32,000 nt of DNA from Candidatus Saccharimonadota bacterium (GCA_016700135.1 CP065004.1:120001-152000), one strand, 5' to 3'; shown: positions 1 through 8,541, counted from the stretch's first letter. Numbers and translations are program-made. The notes: generated by a model not told the origin, from the sequence alone.

Positions 1-1
1 C

Positions 2-535
2 GTCGGGAAGAACATGATCTATTGGAAAAACGGTTTTCTACAGCATCAGGCGGTCAAACCGGATACTGCCGGTCCGAATGCCTGGGCGGAAGGGGGCTCC
101 TGTCTTGTTGATAAGAAAAAATTTGATGAACTGCACGGCTTTGATGAGATGTTTAACCCTTTTTATTGGGAAGATATTGATCTTTCATATCGGGCGTGGA
201 AAAAAGGATATCGGATCGAGTTCAATCCGCAGATTTTAGTGGAACACCATCATGAAACAACCATAAGCAGTCATTTCCAAAAGGACCGTATCGAGGCAAT
301 TGCATACAGAAATCAGTTGTTATTCACTTGGAAAAATATCTCTTCATGGGATCTCCTGATCGCTCACAAACTGCATCTTATCAAGAGACTTGTAAGCGCT
401 ATAATGAAAAATGATGTCAATTTTCTTGAGGGTTTTATCCAGGCTCTGAAGCGATTTCCTCAAGCCTTTATTAAACATTTCAGGAATCCGAAATTACGTT
501 CTGATCATGAACTACTTAAAACATTTACTCAATAA
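2..535 (+). CDS. Glycosyltransferase family 2, C-terminal portion (5' end lies off-window)
   Basis: The reading frame stays open to the window edge, with no stop between 2 and 13. It carries the GT2-type C-terminal signature FDEMFNPFYWEDIDLSYRAWKKGYRIEFNP...VEHHH. Confidence 0.75.
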   Translation, partial: VGKNMIYWKNGFLQHQAVKPDTAGPNAWAEGGSCLVDKKKFDELHGFDEMFNPFYWEDIDLSYRAWKKGYRIEFNPQILVEHHHETTISSHFQKDRIEAIAYRNQLLFTWKNISSWDLLIAHKLHLIKRLVSAIMKNDVNFLEGFIQALKRFPQAFIKHFRNPKLRSDHELLKTFTQ

Positions 536-2132
536 AAAAGCTTATCTGCTGCTGGCACTGTTTACTTTTGTAACGGTGATGCTTCATATGAGACAGATTG
601 AATTCCCCTGCTTCAACTCCGATGAAGCATCTTTTGCATACAACGCTTATTCAATCGCAAAAACGGCACGTGATGAATACGGGACGCTACTCCCGACGCG
701 TTTTAAAGCATTCGGAGAAAATAAACTTCCCGTCACAATCTATACGATTGCCGCGTTCGTCGGTCCATTGGGACTGAGCGAGACAACGGCACGACTGCCG
801 TTTATTCTCATCGGAATTATTTCTCCGATTCTCTTTTTTGTTTTAACAAAGAAACTAACCGGAAAAGAATCAATCGGACTTATAACGGCATTTCTAGCAA
901 GCATCTCCCCGTGGATTCAGATCATGTCGCGACACATTCATGAGAATATCATCATGCTTGTATTAGTGATAGGTATGCTGTGGATTTTGTACGAACTGCA
1001 AAAAAAGGTGACAATGAGGAGACTTCTTTTCCTTTCTCTCCTGGTCGGAATCGGCCTTTTCACCTATCACATCGGGAAAGTAATAGCAGTGTTTGTACTG
1101 ATGTGGGTAGCGTATTTGATACTGTTGAAAAAACAAAACCGTTCCCATATGAAAGAAGCTGCGGTTATTTTTGCAATCCCATTTGTCATCTTCGGGGCAA
1201 CGGAGTTGATGAACCCGACAAGCCGCATAAGCAATTTACTTTTTACAAGCAACAAAGGATTTACCCTCTCTATTGAAGAACTTCGCAAAGAGCATGATTC
1301 GCGCATAGTTCACAACAAAATCTCAAAATCCGTTTCCGTCCTTTCGAATCAGTACCTTTCTTATTTCTCCCCTGAGTTTTTAGTAAGAAAAGGTGATAAC
1401 AACGCAAGATTCGGATTTGAAGGAATATCTCCTATAACTCCGGTAACCTACATATTTATTCTTATCGGACTGTATTTTATGTTCAAAAACAGAGAAGAGT
1501 CGCGATTTTTGCTAGTGTCACTGATGCTTACGGCACCGCTTTCTGCAGCACTGTCATGGCAGGAATATTCTCTGACCAGATCATTTTTGCTTATTATTCC
1601 TTTCCTGATTTTTGCATCTTACGGGATATATCACGGTACTCTCACGTTTAAGAAAACTTCTTTTAGAATCCTTTTTCTGACAGTTGTTCTTGGAAGTATT
1701 CTCTATTTCAATTTCTTCAGCTGGGATTTTTACTTCAATCACTATCCGAAGCGTGTTGAGGCAATTTACGGATGGCAGTGCGGATATAAAAATATGGGCC
1801 AATACATCAAGGAAAATTACAATAATTTTGAGAGGTTTTATATCACCAAAAAACTGGGACAGCCGTATATCTTTACTCTGTTTTATCTGCAGTATCTGCC
1901 TTCTGATTACCACAAGCAGGCTGAACTGACTGAGCTTGACGAATACGGTTTCGGGCAGGTAGAGAAATATGACAAATTCATTTTTGATATGCCCGAGCCG
2001 GACAGGAATGAATCCGCCGTATTTATCGGATATCCTGAAGAGTTTACGAATCTGTCACGGGATGCTGTCAAAGTGATTTCAGTTGAAGGGAATGATATCT
2101 TCTGGTTGTATGAAGGTCAAAGAAACAAGTAG
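507..2132 (+). CDS. GT-C fold membrane glycosyltransferase (GT39/GT83, PMT_2/ArnT-like)
   Basis: 541-aa polytopic membrane protein with an N-terminal first-loop DE motif (FNSDEASFAYNAYSI) typical of PMT/ArnT-type lipid-linked-sugar transferases. The ATG at 507 overlaps the upstream GT2 gene by 29 nt. Confidence 0.72.
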   Translation: MNYLKHLLNKKAYLLLALFTFVTVMLHMRQIEFPCFNSDEASFAYNAYSIAKTARDEYGTLLPTRFKAFGENKLPVTIYTIAAFVGPLGLSETTARLPFILIGIISPILFFVLTKKLTGKESIGLITAFLASISPWIQIMSRHIHENIIMLVLVIGMLWILYELQKKVTMRRLLFLSLLVGIGLFTYHIGKVIAVFVLMWVAYLILLKKQNRSHMKEAAVIFAIPFVIFGATELMNPTSRISNLLFTSNKGFTLSIEELRKEHDSRIVHNKISKSVSVLSNQYLSYFSPEFLVRKGDNNARFGFEGISPITPVTYIFILIGLYFMFKNREESRFLLVSLMLTAPLSAALSWQEYSLTRSFLLIIPFLIFASYGIYHGTLTFKKTSFRILFLTVVLGSILYFNFFSWDFYFNHYPKRVEAIYGWQCGYKNMGQYIKENYNNFERFYITKKLGQPYIFTLFYLQYLPSDYHKQAELTELDEYGFGQVEKYDKFIFDMPEPDRNESAVFIGYPEEFTNLSRDAVKVISVEGNDIFWLYEGQRNK

Positions 2133-2779
2133 AGGCTGAGGTTATAAAACGTATGAATAAGAATCGGGACCCATACACTTTTCTTCTGCAAATACAAAAA
2201 GGATACTGCGAAACTCAAAAGTACATCCGTTGCCATCACCTGAAGGAGTATCATACCGCGCATATCGGGATCTGTAAATAAAATCGGAATATGCAGAAAG
2301 AAAAAGAGAAAACTGGCAAAAAAGACTGAGTTGATTGCATTTTTAGAATCTTCATAAAGCCTTTTCAGGACGAAACCGCGGGACAATATTTCCTCCGAAA
2401 AACTGGTTGCAAAAGCGATAAGAATATAATAAAACACCATCCCCACCGAACCCCGTGCCATAAACTCCTGAATATCATCGTTTCTGATAAGCTGGACGAC
2501 AAAGCCTGTGACAAAAAATAACAATCCTGATGCCAGCCCGAAAATGATTCCTGCCTTCCAGTTTTTAGTACGGAGATCAACTGCTTTCCAGAACTTTTGT
2601 TTTTCCTGAGTGGAGACATAGTACATGACAGGCAGCAAAAAAATCAGCGGCTTGGAGATGAATTCATCAAACCAAATCGGCATATCAGTGCGGAAGTACA
2701 CGCGGTACACACTCCAAAGAATAAGAACAATTGCCCAAGTATTCAGCACCTTTTGGATTGAAGAAATTTGTTGCTTCAT
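2117..2779 (-). CDS. CPBP family (CAAX-type) intramembrane metalloprotease
   Basis: Multi-TM protein with the motifs SEEILSRGF (EExxxR), FFFLH (FxxxH) and LIHTFYN (HxxxN). The track ORF starts at TTG 2815; I prefer the first ATG at 2779 (MKQQISS). Confidence 0.8.
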   Translation of the reverse strand: MKQQISSIQKVLNTWAIVLILWSVYRVYFRTDMPIWFDEFISKPLIFLLPVMYYVSTQEKQKFWKAVDLRTKNWKAGIIFGLASGLLFFVTGFVVQLIRNDDIQEFMARGSVGMVFYYILIAFATSFSEEILSRGFVLKRLYEDSKNAINSVFFASFLFFFLHIPILFTDPDMRGMILLQVMATDVLLSFAVSFLYLQKKSVWVPILIHTFYNLSLYLFL

Positions 2780-2839
2780 TGCATACAATGTACATGCATT
2801 TAGAGAAAGATGCAAGTAGTAGAGGCCTTTATCAGGCAG

Positions 2840-3928
2840 TTAGTCCAAAAAGTCTCTCAGTTTTCGGGCACGTGTCGGATGTTTAAGTTTCCGAATAGCT
2901 TTCGCCTCAATTTGGCGGATTCGTTCACGGGTCACTTTGAATTCTTTGCCGACTTCTTCAAGCGTTTTCGGTTTTCCGTCTTCAAGTCCGAATCTCATAA
3001 TGAGTACTTTTTTCTCGCGCGGTGACAATGTTTCGAGTACTTCCCCCAATGCGTCCTTCAGAAGTTCCTGAGAAACGGCATCATAGAGAGACGGTTTAGA
3101 TTTATCGGCAATAAATTGCTCAAGTGTAGCCTCTTTATCATCGCCGACCGGAGTCGAAAGCGATTTCGGCTGCTGCGATATACGCATCAGATTCTCCGCT
3201 TCGTCAACTGATATTTCCATTTCCTTTGCTATCTCTTTAATGTCCGGATCCTTTCCGTGTTTCTGCATCAATTTTCGCTGAGTTTTATAAAAACGGTTGA
3301 TCTGATCCACCATGTGCACCGGAATTCGGATTGTACGGGACTGATCTGCAATGGCACGGGTGATGGCCTGTCTGATCCACCATGTGGCGTATGTTGAAAA
3401 TTTGAATCCGCGTCTCCAGTCATATTTTTCTACACCTCTGATGAGCCCCTTATTCCCTTCCTGAATAAGGTCAAGGAATGACAACCGTCTTCCCAAGTAT
3501 TTTTTTGCAATGGAAACAACAAGTCGGAGATTTGCTTTAATGAGCCTTTCTTTAGCGGTTTCGTCTGCTTTTTCCGCACGCTTTGCCAAATCAATTTCTT
3601 CTTCAAATGTCAAAAGCGGTGTCCGTCCGATTTCTTTGAGGTATTTTTTGATCGGGTCGAGAGATTCTCCGTGTTTGCCGCCTATCAATTTTTCCAGTTC
3701 TTTTTCGATTTCTTCGGCAGATTTTGTTGCATCCTGTTCTTCACGGGAAGATGTTGTTTCGAAGATATCTATACCTTTCTTGAAAGCAGTATCGAAGAAT
3801 TCATCAATTTGTTCAATGTGGTCTTCCGGTTCCGGAAAGACAAACATGATATCATCCTGTACGAGGAATCCGTCTTCCGTTCCTTGTTTAAGTAGATCTT
3901 TCATGTTTTTGGGCATGCGGTTCATCAT
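2840..3928 (-). CDS. rpoD: RNA polymerase sigma-70 family factor, primary-type (RpoD/SigA)
   Basis: Region 2 is [67 protein letters not shown]. Region 4 is [15 protein letters not shown]...[27 protein letters not shown]. The track ORF begins at GTG 4006; I prefer ATG 3928, so the start is uncertain by about 26 codons. Confidence 0.9.
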   Translation of the reverse strand: MMNRMPKNMKDLLKQGTEDGFLVQDDIMFVFPEPEDHIEQIDEFFDTAFKKGIDIFETTSSREEQDATKSAEEIEKELEKLIGGKHGESLDPIKKYLKEIGRTPLLTFEEEIDLAKRAEKADETAKERLIKANLRLVVSIAKKYLGRRLSFLDLIQEGNKGLIRGVEKYDWRRGFKFSTYATWWIRQAITRAIADQSRTIRIPVHMVDQINRFYKTQRKLMQKHGKDPDIKEIAKEMEISVDEAENLMRISQQPKSLSTPVGDDKEATLEQFIADKSKPSLYDAVSQELLKDALGEVLETLSPREKKVLIMRFGLEDGKPKTLEEVGKEFKVTRERIRQIEAKAIRKLKHPTRARKLRDFLD

Positions 3929-4049
3929 GTGAGTATAAGAAAATGAAATAATCAACCGATGATATGCTGAGCCGATTGGCCTAACAAAATCAGGGGCTTG
4001 ATACACTACACAAAGATCAGAGTTCTGCCTCTGATCTGAGTAGCTTTAT

Positions 4050-4079
4050 ATTTTACAGTGTCTTTGCGATTTTTTCCAA
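4050..4079 (-). promoter_or_regulatory. Candidate sigma-70 promoter for rpoD inside the dnaG-rpoD spacer (TTGGAA-18-TAAAAT on the minus strand)
   Basis: Read by eye on the reverse complement. The -35 is TTGGAA (4079..4074), the spacer is 18 nt, and the -10 is TAAAAT (4055..4050). Confidence 0.3.
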
Positions 4080-4092
4080 TCCAAACAGCCGA

Positions 4093-5832
4093 TTATTTCA
4101 GCTTCATCCGTAGATCGTTGTACTCTTTCGATAAAAGACTGAGTTTCTGTTCATCAGTATCGCTTTCACTTTCCATCAACGCGTCCATCTGATCTTTAAT
4201 GGTGTTCATACGGATCTCGTAGGCTAGTTTTGTCAGATCAGGCTGCTCTTCTTCCGTGGCAGCAGTAAACATAAACAGCTCATCTGCAACTGATTGTATT
4301 TCCGGTTTGAGTGTTTTCACGAAACTGGAATACTCATACTGATTATTCCGTTCAAATTGGATTTTTAAGGCATCTGCAATCACCCTGAATGATGGGACAG
4401 AAAAATCTTCAGATGAAATGATGGAAAATATCGAAGCTGCATGTTCTTTCGTAGTATTTTGCAGAAGAGTACTCAGCAGATATCTCTGTATGAGATCCTT
4501 TCTCGGTAGGATCTGTTCCGGTTTGGTCGCCTGAGACTGTTTTTTAAAGCGGCTCCGGCCGGTATCCCTCATCAAACGATACAGACTACCCTCACTTACA
4601 TCAAGCATTTCAGATATGATTTTCATGTAATGAGACTGTACGATCGGATTGCTTATATCCCGAATAAAAGGCATGATTTCTTCACCGATTTTTTTCTTTT
4701 GGAATGAGTTTTTCTCAGGATACTTTTTCTGAATATCTTCAAGAAGAAAATCATACACCGGCATCGCCTGCTTCAGATCTTTCTTAAATTGTACCTGATC
4801 GGCTTTAATTGCTTCATCAGGATCTTTTCCTGATGTAAACGTCGCAACATATACTTCAAAATCCAGTCTTTCTGCCGAGCGAATACCGCGTTTCATGGCT
4901 TCAACACCGGCCTCATCCATATCAAGTGCAAGAGTAATACGCTTGGTATAGCGTTTGAGCACCCCTAGCTGTTCTTCCGTAAACGCTGCCCCTTTTATGG
5001 CCACAATGTTGCTGATTCCGTGCTGATACGGAGTGATCATATCAAATTCCCCTTCCACGACATATACATTTTCAGCTTTTCTGATCTCATCTTTTGCTAA
5101 ATGAATCCCGAATAGATTTTCCCTTTTGTGATATATCTCCGTTTCCGGCGTGTTCACATATTTTGCTTCTTTTTTTGTGTTATCCAACAACCGTCCCGAA
5201 AAGCCGACAACATTTCCCTTTGCATCTTTCAGAGGGAACATCAGCCGGTTGCGGAACCGGTCATACATTCGGCTCCCTGACTGTATCACCAATCCGGTCG
5301 CAGCAATATCCTGCGGATTAAATCCTTTTTTGGTCAGAAATTTCAGAAGTGAATCCCAGGATGCGGGTGCGTATCCGAGTTCAAACGTATGAATAATCTT
5401 TTCATTGGTACCCCGCCCTACCAGATATTCCATCGCTTTCTTCCCATACTGAGTTTTTGTCAGAAGATACGCATAGTATTTCAAAGCCATACTGTTTATG
5501 GCGTACAAATGCTCTTTCCGCTTCCATTGTTTATCGTCATAGGAAGTATCCTCCAGTTTTACCCCAACCTGATCTGCCAGTTCTCTTAGTGCTTCGTAGA
5601 AGGTCAAATTCTCCCATTTCATTTTGAAGGTGATAACATCGCCGCCTATTCCGCATGTCCCGAAGCAGTGCCATATCTGTCGGTCGGGAGAAACGACAAA
5701 TGAGGGAGATTTTTCCTGATGAAAGGGACATAAACCTTTAAAATTCCTGCCTGCCTTTTTCAGGTCTACAAACTGCCCGATAAACTCAACAATGTCGATC
5801 TTCTCTTTTATTTCTTCTATTTGATTGTTCAT
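4093..5832 (-). CDS. dnaG: DNA primase
   Basis: Zn-ribbon CPFHQEKSPSFVVSPDRQIWHCFGTCGIGGD and TOPRIM motifs VVEGEFDMI ... LALDMDEAG. The track start is TTG 5853; I prefer ATG 5832 (MNNQIEEIKEKIDIVEFI). Confidence 0.9.
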   Translation of the reverse strand: MNNQIEEIKEKIDIVEFIGQFVDLKKAGRNFKGLCPFHQEKSPSFVVSPDRQIWHCFGTCGIGGDVITFKMKWENLTFYEALRELADQVGVKLEDTSYDDKQWKRKEHLYAINSMALKYYAYLLTKTQYGKKAMEYLVGRGTNEKIIHTFELGYAPASWDSLLKFLTKKGFNPQDIAATGLVIQSGSRMYDRFRNRLMFPLKDAKGNVVGFSGRLLDNTKKEAKYVNTPETEIYHKRENLFGIHLAKDEIRKAENVYVVEGEFDMITPYQHGISNIVAIKGAAFTEEQLGVLKRYTKRITLALDMDEAGVEAMKRGIRSAERLDFEVYVATFTSGKDPDEAIKADQVQFKKDLKQAMPVYDFLLEDIQKKYPEKNSFQKKKIGEEIMPFIRDISNPIVQSHYMKIISEMLDVSEGSLYRLMRDTGRSRFKKQSQATKPEQILPRKDLIQRYLLSTLLQNTTKEHAASIFSIISSEDFSVPSFRVIADALKIQFERNNQYEYSSFVKTLKPEIQSVADELFMFTAATEEEQPDLTKLAYEIRMNTIKDQMDALMESESDTDEQKLSLLSKEYNDLRMKLK

Positions 5833-5859
5833 CTCGTAAGTATAATTAGGCAAAGTTGA

Positions 5860-5888
5860 AATATACGGATTGTACAGCTTTTATTCAA
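5860..5888 (-). promoter_or_regulatory. Candidate sigma-70 promoter for dnaG (TTGAAT-17-TATATT on the minus strand)
   Basis: On the reverse complement, the -35 is TTGAAT (5888..5883), the spacer is 17 nt, and the -10 is TATATT (5865..5860). It lies about 28 nt upstream of ATG 5832. Confidence 0.4.
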
Positions 5889-5904
5889 CGCCTTCTTTTT
5901 TCAC

Positions 5905-5934
5905 TTGCTTTCTTTTTCGCAATCCTATTATAAT
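5905..5934 (+). promoter_or_regulatory. Candidate sigma-70 promoter for the PilM-like gene (TTGCTT-18-TATAAT)
   Basis: The -35 is TTGCTT (5905-5910), the spacer is 18 nt, and the -10 is consensus TATAAT (5929-5934). It is divergent from the dnaG promoter. Confidence 0.4.
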
Positions 5935-7435
5935 GATTTTAATGCTATATATATACCTGGATACTAATACTATCAAATTAATGTTTCTCAAGAAGAGTAT
6001 TCTTGGGCAATATGAAGCATCTTTTTATAAGAAAACGCTCCAGGTTCCTTTGCTTGAGAACGGCAAACCCGCCAATCCGGACGTCATCGCATCAGGAATA
6101 AAAGAAACCCTTGCCATGCTCCCTGACGGAGCATCGAAAGACAAAGAAGTCACTCTGATACTTCCCCAGGAGGCTTTCATGTATATGAGAACTGATATGC
6201 CGGCTGATGTCGCTGAGAATGCACTCGGGAGTTATCTCAAAGAAAAAGCACGAACCGAACTGAATTTTGATGTTGAAACAGGACACTACGACTACATTAT
6301 TCGTGAAAACGAAGGAAAGAAAAAAATTGTCGTTTATGCGGCTTCCAATGAAACCGTTGAGGCTTTCGCGGAGCCATTGAAATTGATTGAGCTTTCACTT
6401 CAATGTATTGTTCCTGAGTCTCTTACCTACTTCAAACTCTTTGAGAAAACACTGCGAACCAATAAAAAGGAAAATATCTGGTACGTATCATACGACCAGG
6501 ATCAGCTGTCTGGATACATCTACGACTCTTACGGGCTTCTTGAAGATAAACACTGGACTGCAAAGATGACCGCCGACAAAAAAATTGAAAAAGTATTGCA
6601 AAAGAAGGCTGCAGAATATCAAACCCAATATACGAAACTGAACCGGCTGATTTTGTCCGGCGCTCAATCTGAATCCGTCCGGCAGGACACTTTCACCAAA
6701 GATGTCGGTGTCTGGACCAATCCTCTCAAGCGGATTATCCCTCATTTCTACGGAGACTATCTCAAAATGCTGGCAGGTCAGGACAATAGAGAAATACCTG
6801 TTCTTGAATATGATATGCTTCTCGGAGCTTTTATTTTCAATACGGAGAATAAAGCTTTCACTCTCATAAACGGAAAAACCAAAGGATCTGGAGGCAGCAA
6901 ATACGCGAAACCGTCGCTCGGAATGCCGAAACCCAATCTTCCGGTGAAAGGAATACTGTTTTTTCTGATCTCTTTTGCCCTCACATTTGCCATACTTTAT
7001 GCCGTAAAGATGAATGTAAAGCAGCTTTCGTTTAAAATGCCGAGTTTGAATTTCTCAATTCCGGGAATGACTCCGCCTACAGCGACTCCTGTTCCGGCCA
7101 CACCTACACCCGTGCCTCCGACAGCCACACCTACACCCGCTATTGACCGTTCGGAGGTCCGAGTACAGGTACTGAACGGTTCCGGTATCGCAGGAAAAGC
7201 AAGTGATGTCAAAGAATTCCTCCGTGAACAGGGATATGAGGAGATTCTCACAGGAAATGCATCGGCATTTGACTACGGAACGACCGTCATTCAAACAAAA
7301 GAAGGCGATGAAGCTCTCCGTGACCTGGTTGCCGAGGATATCACCTCTGAACTTGAAGCGGAACCTGAATTCGAAGTACTTGAAGAAGATTCTGCTGCCG
7401 ATATCGTAATTATTGTCGGGACTGACTTCCGTTAA
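5933..7435 (+). CDS. PilM-like (actin-fold) N-terminal domain, TM helix, Pro/Thr linker and LytR_C-like C-terminal domain fusion protein
   Basis: The N-terminus YIYLDTNTIKLMFLKK...NGKPANPDVIASGIKETL...VTLILPQEAFMYMRTDMPADV...DYII...IVVYAASNETVEAFAEPL resembles PilM. It is followed by the TM segment GILFFLISFALTFAILYAV and the linker PPTATPVPATPTPVPPTATPTPA. The C-terminus VRVQVLNGSGIAGKASDVKEFLREQGY...ADIVIIVGTDF resembles the LytR_C domain. The track start is TTG 5870; an ATG at 5933 or 5942 is likely. Confidence 0.6.
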   Translation: MILMLYIYLDTNTIKLMFLKKSILGQYEASFYKKTLQVPLLENGKPANPDVIASGIKETLAMLPDGASKDKEVTLILPQEAFMYMRTDMPADVAENALGSYLKEKARTELNFDVETGHYDYIIRENEGKKKIVVYAASNETVEAFAEPLKLIELSLQCIVPESLTYFKLFEKTLRTNKKENIWYVSYDQDQLSGYIYDSYGLLEDKHWTAKMTADKKIEKVLQKKAAEYQTQYTKLNRLILSGAQSESVRQDTFTKDVGVWTNPLKRIIPHFYGDYLKMLAGQDNREIPVLEYDMLLGAFIFNTENKAFTLINGKTKGSGGSKYAKPSLGMPKPNLPVKGILFFLISFALTFAILYAVKMNVKQLSFKMPSLNFSIPGMTPPTATPVPATPTPVPPTATPTPAIDRSEVRVQVLNGSGIAGKASDVKEFLREQGYEEILTGNASAFDYGTTVIQTKEGDEALRDLVAEDITSELEAEPEFEVLEEDSAADIVIIVGTDFR

Positions 7436-7483
7436 ATTCTCACGTCATTATACTAAGTTCTTCGTATGGTATGATATACGGTA

Positions 7484-7518
7484 TTACTAGCTACGTACTA
7501 CAGACTACAAACTAATCT
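7484..7518 (+). repeat. Phased heptad tract TTACtag CTACgta CTACaga CTACaaa CTAAtct abutting the prfB ATG
   Basis: Five consecutive 7-nt units start at 7484, 7491, 7498, 7505 and 7512, and the ATG at 7519 is in phase. The same CTACNNN x3 + CTAANNN tract occurs at 28462-28489. Confidence 0.5.
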
Positions 7519-8541
7519 ATGGACGAGACAAAACGTGAAGAACTGCAAACAAAATTTGAGCAAATCCAAGCAAAAGTCAACCCTTCTGAACTGAAATCCG
7601 AACTCCAATCCTTGGAGGCACGCACCTATGAGCAGAATTTCTGGGAAGATCATGAGACTGCCGCTGATGTGATGAAACGCATAAATGACATGAAAAAAGA
7701 AATGGAAGATGTCGAAATGATGGAACTGCTGCTTTCTGAGGGTGAATTACAGGCAGCGGAAAAATTGATTAATGCTTATGAAATCCAACTGTTCCTTTCC
7801 GGAAAATATGATAAAGGAAATGCAATTTTTGCCATTCATGCCGGTCAGGGTGGTACAGAAGCCATGGACTGGACTTCGATGCTACACCGCATGTACACAC
7901 GATACTTTGAAAATAAGGGATGGAAATTTGAAGAAATTGATCGGGTACCGGGAGAAGAAGCAGGAATCAAAAGTACCGTGATGAACGTCTACGGAACATT
8001 CGCCTACGGGCTTTTGAAAGCAGAAGCCGGTGTTCACCGTCTGGTCAGACAATCACCTTTCAATGCTGACGGGTTAAGACAAACTTCATTTGCTCTTGTG
8101 GAAGTACTCCCCATCATTGAAGACAAAGAGATTGAAATAAAAGATGAAGATTTGGAATGGCAGTTCTTCCGCTCAGGCGGTGCCGGAGGTCAGAATGTAA
8201 ATAAGGTTTCAACGGCTGTACGTCTGATCCATATCCCGACAGGCATAACAGTTTCCTGTCAGCAGGAACGATCCCAGCTCCAAAACCGTGAGACGGCTTT
8301 GAAACTTCTGCGGGCACAACTCTGGGAAGTTGAAGAACAAAAGCGTGAACAGAATTTGGAAACATACAAGAAAGACACACAGGCTTCTTGGGGAAGGCAA
8401 ATCAGATCGTATGTCCTCCACCCGTACAAACTCATCAAAGATCTCCGTACCGAGCATGAAGACAGTCAGGTGGAGCAAGTCCTTGACGGGGATATTGAAG
8501 AATTCATTCAGGCATATCTCAAGCAGCCGAATAAAGAATAA
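7519..8541 (+). CDS. prfB: Peptide chain release factor 2, encoded in one uninterrupted frame
   Basis: RF2-specific SPF tripeptide ([15 protein letters not shown]) and the GGQ motif ([26 protein letters not shown]). It aligns with E. coli RF2 over its full length from residue 1. Confidence 0.92.
   Translation: MDETKREELQTKFEQIQAKVNPSELKSELQSLEARTYEQNFWEDHETAADVMKRINDMKKEMEDVEMMELLLSEGELQAAEKLINAYEIQLFLSGKYDKGNAIFAIHAGQGGTEAMDWTSMLHRMYTRYFENKGWKFEEIDRVPGEEAGIKSTVMNVYGTFAYGLLKAEAGVHRLVRQSPFNADGLRQTSFALVEVLPIIEDKEIEIKDEDLEWQFFRSGGAGGQNVNKVSTAVRLIHIPTGITVSCQQERSQLQNRETALKLLRAQLWEVEEQKREQNLETYKKDTQASWGRQIRSYVLHPYKLIKDLRTEHEDSQVEQVLDGDIEEFIQAYLKQPNKE

Noticed and set aside
7519-8541. UGA-recoding (code 25 or 4), as in some CPR lineages
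   Set aside because: An intact RF2 (SPF and GGQ motifs) is encoded. TGA terminates ftsE, the VanZ gene and the transposase at homology-consistent positions. No conserved protein here needs read-through of TGA.
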